DNA of 64,000 nt from the NCBI GenBank assembly GCA_031291995.1, contig JARLHZ010000034.1, positions 14,915 through 78,914 on the forward strand, written 5' to 3'. Below the pieces are notes generated by a model. It worked only from the letters and a program-made list of their open reading frames with translations. It was not told the DNA's origin and searched no databases. Within the stretch, counting starts at the first letter, position 1, and the number at the start of each line of letters is the position of its first letter. The position numbers were made by a program, and so were the translations under genes. This stretch comes from Candidatus Doudnabacteria bacterium. Lineage in GTDB: Bacteria > Patescibacteriota > Doudnabacteria > UBA920. Positions 43,903-51,978 of the stretch are shown piece by piece.

Positions 43903-43978
43903 AGTTTACGAAGTACGAAATTTTACGAACTTACGAAAGTTCGTACGTTCGTATCGGTTCGTACTTTGTAAAATATAG
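43903..43978 (+). repeat. Family B palindromic element, copy between the histidine kinase and response-regulator genes
   Basis: GTTTACGAAGTACGAAATTTTACGAACTTACGAAAGTTCGTACGTTCGTATCGGTTCGTACTTTGTAAAA. Confidence 0.8.
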
Positions 43979-43989
43979 AAAGGATAACT

Positions 43990-44373
43990 ATGACTAAAAT
44001 TCTCGCGGCGGAGGACGACAAATTAATATCAGGCTCGTTATGCGACGCGCTTAAGAGCGCCGGCTATGAGCCGACTCCGGCTTATGACGGGGAAGAGGCC
44101 GTGGCCAAGGCCAAGGAAATAAAACCGGATTTAATTTTGCTCGACATTATGATGCCCAAACTGGACGGAATTTCCGTATTGTGGGAACTGAAAGCCGACC
44201 CGAACACGGCCAAAATTCCCGTAATTGTTTTAACCAATATTGGCGACGTGGAAACCATAAGCAAAATCGTGGAAGCCGGCGCCGTGGATTATCTGCTAAA
44301 GAGCGACCAATCGGTTGATGATATTATCCAAAAAGTTAAAGACGTTTTAGCGCGAAATGTGCAACTAACATAA
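43990..44373 (+). CDS. stand-alone response-regulator receiver domain protein (CheY-like)
   Basis: 127 aa. Phospho-acceptor context LILLDIMMP and a conserved K (VLTNIGD…K). No output domain. Confidence 0.85.
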   Translation: MTKILAAEDDKLISGSLCDALKSAGYEPTPAYDGEEAVAKAKEIKPDLILLDIMMPKLDGISVLWELKADPNTAKIPVIVLTNIGDVETISKIVEAGAVDYLLKSDQSVDDIIQKVKDVLARNVQLT

Positions 44374-44493
44374 ATTGCTGATGAGTCCTGGTTTGGTGCT
44401 GAGGTGGAAATTTTGATTCAGCGTCATATCAGCGTAGTTATCCACCTCCGCCAAGGCTACGGCGGACTCACGTCAGCGAAAAATCAGCGAATT

Positions 44494-44913
44494 ATGAAAG
44501 CTATAATCCAGGACGACCGACGCTATATGCTGCGGTTTGACAAAGGCGAAGACGTTATTTCCGGCTTGGCCGATTTTATGAAATCGCAAAGCATTGGCGC
44601 CTGCGTTTTTTTTGGCATAGGCGCTTGCGAATCGGTCGAGCTTGGTTATTTTAACCCATTTTTGAAAGATTATCGCAAAAAACCATACGTGGAAGAATTG
44701 GAAATTGCCACTTTTAGCGGCAATGGGTCTTTAAGCGGTGGGCAGCCTTCGATTCACGCGCACGGGGTATTCAGCCGGAACGACTTCACCAGCCTTGCCG
44801 GGCATGTATTCAAATTGGTAGTGTCCGTCACCTGCGAGATTTTATTGATAAAATTGGAAGGTCAAATGAACAGAGGGTTAAACGCGGAGTTTAATTTGAA
44901 TCTACTCCAATGA
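44494..44913 (+). CDS. PPC/DUF296-domain (AT-hook-associated, DNA-binding-type) protein
   Basis: PPC-like core (…FDKGEDVISGLADFMK…GIGACESVELGYF…). The ORF opens at 44404; internal Met 44494 is preferred. Confidence 0.5.
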   Translation: MKAIIQDDRRYMLRFDKGEDVISGLADFMKSQSIGACVFFGIGACESVELGYFNPFLKDYRKKPYVEELEIATFSGNGSLSGGQPSIHAHGVFSRNDFTSLAGHVFKLVVSVTCEILLIKLEGQMNRGLNAEFNLNLLQ

Positions 44914-44930
44914 TCAATTTTTAATAAAAA

Positions 44931-45440
44931 TTGAAAAATCAAAATTCTAAATTAATCATTCCGAGGCAATTCTTTGTCATTGCCCACAATATCCGTTCGC
45001 TTTATAACGTCGGGTCGATTTTTCGTACGGCCGACGCGTTAGGGGTCAGTAAGATTTATTTAACCGGTTATACCGGCAGCCCGGAAAACCCGTCCCATAA
45101 AGACAAAATTGCCAAAGTGGCGCTTGGGGCTGAGGATTGGGTGCCTTGGGAGCATTCGGAATCGGCTCAGGCTGTTATCCGCATCCTTAAAAAGCAAAAA
45201 GTGTTAATCGTCGGGCTGGAAAACAACCTGGAAGCGGGGCAAAAAGCCGTTGCCTTAAACTCGTTTAAACCCAAATTCCCTTTGGCGTTAATTCTTGGGG
45301 AAGAAGTTAATGGGATTAATAGCACTTTAATAAAGTCTTGTGACAAGCTGGTGGAAATTCCCATGTCCGGTAAAAAAGAAAGCCTTAATGTTTCCGTGGC
45401 TTTTGGAATCGCGGCCTATTATATTTCTTCGAAAGTGTAA
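44931..45440 (+). CDS. SpoU/TrmH-family RNA 2'-O-methyltransferase
   Basis: 169 aa. SpoU motifs (HNIRSLYNVGSIFRTADALGV, LILGEEVNGI, NVSVAFGIAAY). Confidence 0.8.
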   Translation: MKNQNSKLIIPRQFFVIAHNIRSLYNVGSIFRTADALGVSKIYLTGYTGSPENPSHKDKIAKVALGAEDWVPWEHSESAQAVIRILKKQKVLIVGLENNLEAGQKAVALNSFKPKFPLALILGEEVNGINSTLIKSCDKLVEIPMSGKKESLNVSVAFGIAAYYISSKV

Positions 45441-45624
45441 AATATTTTGTAAAATTGTATTTTTATGTTCTAATAAAACGAATAAAATTTAGCTGCCTAA
45501 AAAATTTAAAAAAATATTGAAAATTTTGGGAGTATTTGTGGACAGGCTTAATGAAATCCACCAAATTAGGTTGTATACCGCTTGTGAAAGCGGTTTTTTT
45601 ATTGTTTGACGGAGCTTAACGAGC

Positions 45625-45654
45625 TTTGACTTATGGGTAAATGTGGTATATAAT
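45625..45654 (+). promoter_or_regulatory. mraZ promoter TTGACT-18-TATAAT (extended TG)
   Basis: Near-consensus hexamers at 45625-45630 and 45649-45654. Confidence 0.55.
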
Positions 45655-45673
45655 ACTAGAGTCATGGCAAAAA

Positions 45674-45710
45674 GTGGATAAAAGTGGGGACAAGTGGGTG
45701 TTTTAGTGGA
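45674..45710 (+). promoter_or_regulatory. MraZ operator: direct repeats GTGGA-n5-GTGGG-n5-GTGGG-n7-GTGGA
   Basis: Four GTGGR pentamers at 45674, 45684, 45694 and 45706, immediately downstream of the -10. This matches the known MraZ GTGGG-repeat operator architecture. Confidence 0.6.
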
Positions 45711-45815
45711 TAACTGTACCGCGGATCAGTCGCGGATCTTAACTGCAGACGCGGAATAAACGCGGATCCGCGTTAAGATCGGCGTAACGGATCCGCGTTA
45801 AGATCGGCGGTTAAT

Positions 45816-46247
45816 ATGTTTATTGGTGAATATCAGGCGACAATTGATGAAAAGGGGAGAGTTTCCGTGCCGGTTAAATTCCGGCAGTCTTTAAAGTCTA
45901 AAATAGTTGTTACTCGGGGCTTGGATAATTCCCTGTTTTTATACAGCATAGACGAGTGGAAAAAGCTTGCGGAAAAATTGGCTAGTCTCCCAATTTCTAC
46001 TGCCAATACCCGGGCTTTTTCCCGTCTAATGCTGGCCGGAGCCATGGATTGCGACATAGACAAACAAGGACGTATTATTTTACCGGGCTACCTAAAGGAT
46101 TTTGCCAAAATCAGCAAGAAAGTTATAATCGCCGGTTTGTACAACCGCATCGAAATTTGGAGCGAAGAATTGTGGATCGCCTACAAACAGCAGACCGAAG
46201 CGGCAAGCAACCAGATTGCGGAACAACTGGGAAGTTTGGGAGTTTAA
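45816..46247 (+). CDS. mraZ: transcriptional regulator MraZ
   Basis: 143 aa. MFIGEYQATIDEKGRVSVP and a second DxxxR repeat. Confidence 0.9.
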   Translation: MFIGEYQATIDEKGRVSVPVKFRQSLKSKIVVTRGLDNSLFLYSIDEWKKLAEKLASLPISTANTRAFSRLMLAGAMDCDIDKQGRIILPGYLKDFAKISKKVIIAGLYNRIEIWSEELWIAYKQQTEAASNQIAEQLGSLGV

Positions 46248-46334
46248 TAATTAAGTAAAAATAAATAAAATTAAGTAAAATTGTACCGCACAAAATTTTA
46301 TTTAATTTTACTTAATTCTGGTCAATTTTATTTA

Positions 46335-47273
46335 ATGAATTATGAACATACTCCAGTTCTACTTAATGAAATTCTTGCATTTTTGGACGCCCGTCCCGGT
46401 CAGAATATCGTGGACGCGACGCTGGGAGGGGGAGGGTATACATCAGAAATACTAAATAAGGTTGGTTCGGGCGGAAAAATACTGGCGATTGATTTAGACC
46501 AAGATGCGGTTGAAAATTACAAATTACAAATTACAAATTACAAATTCAAAGATCAAATCATTGTCGCGCAGGGGAATTTTGCTCAGATTGATAAAATCAT
46601 CAGCCATCATAAATTTCCGGCGCCGGATGGGATAGTCGCGGATCTCGGATTGTCTTCTTATGAACTGGAACATCGCGGCATAAGTTTTAAAACCGACCAG
46701 CCGCTGGATATGAGGTTCGATTTGTCCCAGCCGGAAACCGCAAAATTTATTTTAAATAATTACGATGAACAGAGGCTTAGGAAAGTTTTTGAAGATTACG
46801 GTGAGGAGAAGTTCAGCAGGCAGATTGCGAGGAGGGTTGTAGGGTTAAGGGCTAAGGGCGAAGTGATAAAGCATACAGCCGATTTATATCAGCTAATTGT
46901 AGAGGCGCTGCCCAAGCCCGTAAAGCATAAAGCTGATGACAGTGCCCGAAGGATATTTCAGGCTTTAAGGATAGAAGTTAATCATGAATTAGAAAATCTG
47001 AAAGATTTTCTACCCAAAGCCTTTGATTTGTTGGCTCCGGGCGGCAGGCTGGCAGTTGTCAGCTTCCATTCTCTGGAAGACAGAATTGTTAAACAGTATT
47101 TTGTGGGGCTGACCAAAGGCTGTGTATGTCCGCCGGAATTTCCCCAGTGTCTGTGCGGTAAAAATCCCAAAGCTAAAATTTTAACCAAAAAACCGATTAC
47201 GGCTTCAGCCGAAGAGTTAAAGAAAAATTCCCGCGCTCAGCCCGCCAAGCTGAGGGCAATAGTAAAATTTTAA
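46335..47273 (+). CDS. rsmH: 16S rRNA (cytosine1402-N4)-methyltransferase RsmH
   Basis: RsmH motifs (HTPVLL, VDATLGGGGYT, DLGLSS, SFHSLEDRIVK). The ORF opens at 46281; the start is taken at MNYEHTPV 46335. Confidence 0.9.
   Translation: MNYEHTPVLLNEILAFLDARPGQNIVDATLGGGGYTSEILNKVGSGGKILAIDLDQDAVENYKLQITNYKFKDQIIVAQGNFAQIDKIISHHKFPAPDGIVADLGLSSYELEHRGISFKTDQPLDMRFDLSQPETAKFILNNYDEQRLRKVFEDYGEEKFSRQIARRVVGLRAKGEVIKHTADLYQLIVEALPKPVKHKADDSARRIFQALRIEVNHELENLKDFLPKAFDLLAPGGRLAVVSFHSLEDRIVKQYFVGLTKGCVCPPEFPQCLCGKNPKAKILTKKPITASAEELKKNSRAQPAKLRAIVKF
46515..46549 (+). repeat. heptanucleotide tandem repeat (AATTACA)x4 plus a degenerate unit inside rsmH
   Basis: Perfect 7-mer units at 46515-46542. 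They encode NYKLQITNYKF in a variable loop of RsmH. Confidence 0.85.
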
Positions 47274-47448
47274 CAACAAAAATTTATGGACAATACCATG
47301 CGCGGCGGAACGTGGTCCGATGCCGCCGGAAAAATAAAAATTAAAAATAAGAACAGCGGACTGCAAAAAATAAAAATAAATATTTCCGCCGGAAACGCGA
47401 ATGCTTTTGGCGGAAAAGTTAACGCAATAATAAAATCAAAATAAATTT

Positions 47449-47814
47449 ATGATAAAAGAACTGGCGCTCAACCGCATTTGGCCGGGCGGATCTTTAAAAA
47501 CCCACCATCGTGTCATAAACAACCAATCGCAAGCAAGCCGCCTGAGGGTTTGGCTGTCCGCCGCCTTGGTGTCGCTAAACGTTTTACTGCTGCTCAGCTA
47601 TATTTACGGCGTAAACCAGTTTGCCTCGCAAGGCTACGAAATTACCGCCCTGCAAACGCGGCTAACCGGCCTGAACACGTCAAACAAACAGTTAAACTTA
47701 AAAATCGCGCAGGCGGCTTCCATGGTCAGCATCCAGAATGATTTTTTAAATTCCGGCTATGTTCTGGCTGCCACGCCCAAATTCCTGCAAACCGAAAATT
47801 TGTCCTTAAGATAA
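47449..47814 (+). CDS. ftsL: FtsL-like cell-division protein (septum formation initiator family)
   Basis: 121 aa. Single TM then a coiled-coil. Positioned between rsmH and ftsI as in dcw clusters. Confidence 0.5.
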   Translation: MIKELALNRIWPGGSLKTHHRVINNQSQASRLRVWLSAALVSLNVLLLLSYIYGVNQFASQGYEITALQTRLTGLNTSNKQLNLKIAQAASMVSIQNDFLNSGYVLAATPKFLQTENLSLR

Positions 47815-47832
47815 GTTTGAGCTGTTAAAGCT

Positions 47833-49581
47833 ATGTCCGGACGCAACGTAAAAAACGCCTTTGAATTCAGAAGCAGTTTATTGGCTGTTTTTTTATGTCT
47901 GCTTTTTGTGGTGTTAGCGGCCAAGCTGTTTTATTTGCAGGTGCTGCAAGGCGCCGAACTAAAAAAGGCCGCCGAAGCCCAGCACAGCATTTACCAAAAA
48001 CTTCTGCCGAGCCGGGGCGAAATAGACATGGTGGATAAAGCCTCGTCCGCGCTGGTGCCGCTTGCTACCAATGTAAAAAGCTACCTGGTTTACGCCGTGC
48101 CGTCCGAGGTTTTAAATCCCGGACTCGCGGCGGCCAGTCTGGCCGGCGTATTGCAGTTGGATTCCAAAGACATTTTGGGCAAAATTACGCAGACGGATAA
48201 AAAATACGTTATTATTAAAAAACAGTTAACCGACGCCGAGCAGTCGCAAATCAAGCAGCTCGCGCTGGCCGGAATTTTTTTTGATTCGGAAGATACCCGC
48301 GTTTATCCCCAAAACAGCCTGCTCAGCCAGACCGTGGGGTTTTTGGGATATTCGGGGAAAAATCCCAACAAGACCGGGCTTTACGGTCTAGAAAGGTATT
48401 TTAATCAGGATTTATCGGGATCCTCCGGGCAGGTAACGGCGCAAAAAGACAGCGGGGGAGCAATGATTTACGGCGCCGGTATTGACCGCGAGCCGGCTCT
48501 AGACGGCGCGAATTTAATTTTGACCATCGACCAGACAATTCAGTTTCAGGCCGAAAGCATGCTCAAGGATATGGTGGATAAAAACGGCGCAGACAGCGGC
48601 AGTATAATTGTAGCTAACCCGAAAACCGGCGCCATATTGGCGCTGGCCGGTTATCCGAATTTCGATCCGAACCAGTACAATACTGTTGCCAATCCCGCGG
48701 ATTTTAATAACCAGACGGTCACGGGAAATTACGAACCGGGCTCGGTGTTTAAGGCCATCACCATGGCCGCGGCATTGGATGAAAATAAAGTTACTGCGAC
48801 TTCCACTTATGTTGACACCGGCGATGTCGCGGTTGGCGGGTTCCACATTCATAACTCCGACAACAAGGCGCACGGCCTGACGACCATGACACAGGTTTTG
48901 GATTGGTCTTACAATACCGGCGCGGTATACGCGGAAAACCAGCTAGGCAACCCGGACTTTTTAAAATACGTAAACGCATTCGGCTTTGGCCAGGCCACGG
49001 GTATTGAATTGCCGGAAACCAAAGGCAGTCTGGACGGATTAAAAGGCAATAACCAGACAAATTATGACACTGCCAGTTTCGGCCAGGGAATTTTGGTAAC
49101 GCCTATGCAGATGCTTCAGGCATATACGGCTTTTGCCAACGGCGGGAAAATGATGAAGCCTTATATTATCCAGAGTGAAATTTTTCCGGACGGTAAAATT
49201 GTGGATACCAAGCCCACGGTGGTCAAGCAGGTCATTAGTCCGCAAACCGCCAGCACGCTGGATGCCATGCTGGTGGATGTGGTAGAAAACGGCTACGGCG
49301 CCAAAGCGGCCGTGCCGGGCTATTTTGTGGCCGGCAAGACGGGTACGGCGCAGGTGGCCGGACCGGACGGAAAATATTTGGTTAACGATAACATCGGCTC
49401 GTTTATTGGTTTTGCGCCGGTCGATAATCCCCAGTTTGTCATGCTTATCCGCGTAGACCACCCGCGCGATGCCGAATTTTCCGAAACTACCGCGGTGCCG
49501 GTGTGGGGCAAGCTGGCGCAGTTTATTTTAAACTATATGGGCATTCCGCCCTCGCGACCGATTCCGGCAAACAAACAATAA
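47833..49581 (+). CDS. ftsI: peptidoglycan D,D-transpeptidase FtsI / class B PBP
   Basis: 582 aa. N-terminal TM. SVFK (SxxK) and KTGTA motifs. dcw context. Confidence 0.88.
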   Translation: MSGRNVKNAFEFRSSLLAVFLCLLFVVLAAKLFYLQVLQGAELKKAAEAQHSIYQKLLPSRGEIDMVDKASSALVPLATNVKSYLVYAVPSEVLNPGLAAASLAGVLQLDSKDILGKITQTDKKYVIIKKQLTDAEQSQIKQLALAGIFFDSEDTRVYPQNSLLSQTVGFLGYSGKNPNKTGLYGLERYFNQDLSGSSGQVTAQKDSGGAMIYGAGIDREPALDGANLILTIDQTIQFQAESMLKDMVDKNGADSGSIIVANPKTGAILALAGYPNFDPNQYNTVANPADFNNQTVTGNYEPGSVFKAITMAAALDENKVTATSTYVDTGDVAVGGFHIHNSDNKAHGLTTMTQVLDWSYNTGAVYAENQLGNPDFLKYVNAFGFGQATGIELPETKGSLDGLKGNNQTNYDTASFGQGILVTPMQMLQAYTAFANGGKMMKPYIIQSEIFPDGKIVDTKPTVVKQVISPQTASTLDAMLVDVVENGYGAKAAVPGYFVAGKTGTAQVAGPDGKYLVNDNIGSFIGFAPVDNPQFVMLIRVDHPRDAEFSETTAVPVWGKLAQFILNYMGIPPSRPIPANKQ

Positions 49582-49585
49582 TTCC

Positions 49586-49680
49586 TTTACTAACTACGAA
49601 TCCGTACTAATATACGAATTGAGAACTAAAATTAGTATATTCGTAAAGATTCGTAGTTAGTAAAGGTAGTAAAGGTAGAT
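49586..49680. repeat. Family B-like long palindrome between convergent genes (bidirectional terminator candidate)
   Basis: CCTTTACTAACTACGAATC…GATTCGTAGTTAGTAAAGG, an 18 bp perfect outer stem around ACGAAT/ATTCGT inner repeats. Confidence 0.75.
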
Positions 49681-50057
49681 TATTGGTACAACTGTTGAAT
49701 GTCCGAAGGTTTTATCTGCTCAATTTGCTGGGGAGTAACCCCGGCCGTGGAGAAAAACGCTTTGTAGCCAAAATAAAAAATCAGCAGGGAGACGACCGTC
49801 AAAATTACGCAGACCCAGGCGACCTGTTGGGAGTCGTCCTTGTCGTCAAAAAAATATTTTACCGCGAACAGCAGGCCAAACGGCGGGACGCTTATGCTAA
49901 TCAGGTATGCCCATTTTTTGGCGGCCGGGGAAACGAGGTTGCGGCTTTGCGTTTCCAATGCGTTCATCATTAGCGCGCCAATGTCCACATTGGGATTTTC
50001 TTTGGCCACGCTGGCGTACAAATCCACTTTTTTTGCCAATTTGTCGTCTATGTCCAT
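49680..50057 (-). CDS. hypothetical small membrane protein
   Basis: 125 aa with two TM helices. Convergent with ftsI. The overlapping + strand ORF is rejected. Confidence 0.35.
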   Translation of the reverse strand: MDIDDKLAKKVDLYASVAKENPNVDIGALMMNALETQSRNLVSPAAKKWAYLISISVPPFGLLFAVKYFFDDKDDSQQVAWVCVILTVVSLLIFYFGYKAFFSTAGVTPQQIEQIKPSDIQQLYQ

Positions 50058-50201
50058 AAGAGTTATGGATATTAATAGATATTTATAGATATTGGGATAT
50101 TAAGTTGTCATCCCGACCCCCGCCGTCGCCAAGGCTTTGGCGGGCAAGCCGGCATCATCATGTGCTTGTGCAAGCGAAGGGGATTTCTTAACCATCGGAT
50201 G

Positions 50202-50750
50202 CTATTTAAAGGCGCTGCCTTTTTGCCAGGGAGTGCCTATTGCCGGTAGCAGCCACATATCAATGCCGTACCAGCCGGCTACGCGCCAGGCCAAAATTAA
50301 AAATAGTTGAAGCATAAGCAAGACCGGATTTATACTCACGGTTCCAGCCAAAAGATAATTCAGATTCATAAACGTGCCAAAGAAGGCCGCGATGCCGGTA
50401 AAAATTCCCAAAATTAAGGCTAGGCCGACAAAAAGTTCGCCAAAGGCCACCATTACCCCAAACCCCGCGGCGTGGGGGATAACGAAATTTTGGATGAATC
50501 CCGCGTACCATCCCTGCACATCGGGATGCGCCCCGGCCGCCTTAACTAAAGCGCCATTTAAAAAGCCCCGCAAAGCCGTACCGGCCTGTCCGCCCACCCA
50601 CATAGGCGAATTTATTTTTCCCCAGCCTGCCTCCACCCACTGCCAGCCCACATAAAGCCTAATAATCAGCCACAACCAAGCCATCTTCGTATTGGCAAAT
50701 AAAAATCTCGCAAACGGCGGCTCGGCAATTTCAATATTGTTTTGTTTCAT
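50202..50750 (-). CDS. DoxX-family membrane protein
   Basis: 182 aa. RLYVGWQWVEAGWGKI is the DoxX signature. 4 TM helices. Confidence 0.7.
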   Translation of the reverse strand: MKQNNIEIAEPPFARFLFANTKMAWLWLIIRLYVGWQWVEAGWGKINSPMWVGGQAGTALRGFLNGALVKAAGAHPDVQGWYAGFIQNFVIPHAAGFGVMVAFGELFVGLALILGIFTGIAAFFGTFMNLNYLLAGTVSINPVLLMLQLFLILAWRVAGWYGIDMWLLPAIGTPWQKGSAFK

Positions 50751-50992
50751 TTTTAGTAATTAATTTTCTATATTATACCATATTTATCACTACCACAAAA
50801 AACCCGCAGATTGGCGGTAAGGTTCGTGTCTGACCCGTCATTTGCAATCACATTGGCAAGCCTCGTATGATAATGACGGAACTGAAATAGTTAAACTTTT
50901 TTTACAAAATAAATTCCCGACAATATACCGTATCGGGGGCGGTGCAGGCTCGGGTATCGGCCACATGCGATGCCTTTAAAGTTCTGCGGAAA

Positions 50993-51832
50993 CTAGCGGA
51001 AGGTAGTCGGCAGATAAGGTGAAGAGAAGTGATACGTCGCGCCAATTCCAGGTACATTGATTACCTCCGTTTGCACGATTTCGTCATCGTACTTGGGAAG
51101 ATTGATGCGCACCTCTTGAGATGGCTTTATCTGCCTTATCTGTTCTAAAAGCACCGCGAGTACCTTGGGTAGCGTTTCCGCCCATAGGAAGCCTTTGCCT
51201 TTGCTGACCGAGACGTTATTGTTTTGGGCAAACACCTCTTGAACCCCATCGACTTGCGCAAGTTTCGTGACGAGCGCGGAGTTTTTATCTTGACCGATTG
51301 CCCAATCGAACATGTCTAGATCAGCGGGTGCCATTATGGTGTCGAAGTACAGAATTACCATGTCGTGGTTAGGCGGGCATACCATAATGTATCTTGCCAT
51401 ACCTAAGGTTTTTAGCGCCGGTTTTTGTTGCTGACAAGGGACTTCGTTCGGCCTGGGTTCAACCTGCGTCATGGCTCCCGAGAACCGAGTCATAGCACTC
51501 TTGACTTGCGGACCGATTGTGGACCAACTCGCGTTCGGCCTTTTGAATACCGAGAGCTCATACTTTTTCAGATAGAGACTCTCCAATCCTTGAATCCGGG
51601 TTAGATTCTTAAGTAGTGGCGGCAAAACCCCGTCTTCCCCGTCAAACATGGGCTCGCCGTTTTGCCTGAACATCACCATGCGGATTGTCTGATCAGTGAG
51701 CGGGGACGTCGCATGGAATGTCAGGCCATTTCCGTGGTGATATTGGACAAAATAAGTGGAATTCTGTCCGGTTGCGGTTAAGGCACCCAAAATTAGCAGC
51801 GCCAAGAAAAGCGTGGGCGTAATTTTTCTCAT
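50993..51832 (-). CDS. hypothetical secreted protein
   Basis: Signal peptide MRKITPTLFLALLILGALTATG begins at an internal Met; the track opens at 51868. No recognised domain. Confidence 0.5.
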   Translation of the reverse strand: MRKITPTLFLALLILGALTATGQNSTYFVQYHHGNGLTFHATSPLTDQTIRMVMFRQNGEPMFDGEDGVLPPLLKNLTRIQGLESLYLKKYELSVFKRPNASWSTIGPQVKSAMTRFSGAMTQVEPRPNEVPCQQQKPALKTLGMARYIMVCPPNHDMVILYFDTIMAPADLDMFDWAIGQDKNSALVTKLAQVDGVQEVFAQNNNVSVSKGKGFLWAETLPKVLAVLLEQIRQIKPSQEVRINLPKYDDEIVQTEVINVPGIGATYHFSSPYLPTTFR

Positions 51833-51978
51833 GTATCCCTCCAATTTAGGGATACAATACCATAACAAAAATGGTCTATGACTGTCCAGGATTGGTACTT
51901 ATTGATAAAAATAGACGTTTTTGCTAAAATAAGCCAAGCCGCCTTAGTTAATTGTAAATTGTTAAACGTTAATTGTTA

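Noticed and set aside
47478-47741. 87 aa alternate-frame ORF within ftsL
   Set aside because: Arg-rich shadow ORF. The FtsL-like frame has a TM helix and coiled-coil and fits dcw synteny.
49683-50088. Plus-strand ORFs (96 aa, 82 aa) opposite the 49680-50057 minus gene
   Set aside because: The minus-strand frame encodes clean TM helices. The plus-strand ones are low-complexity.
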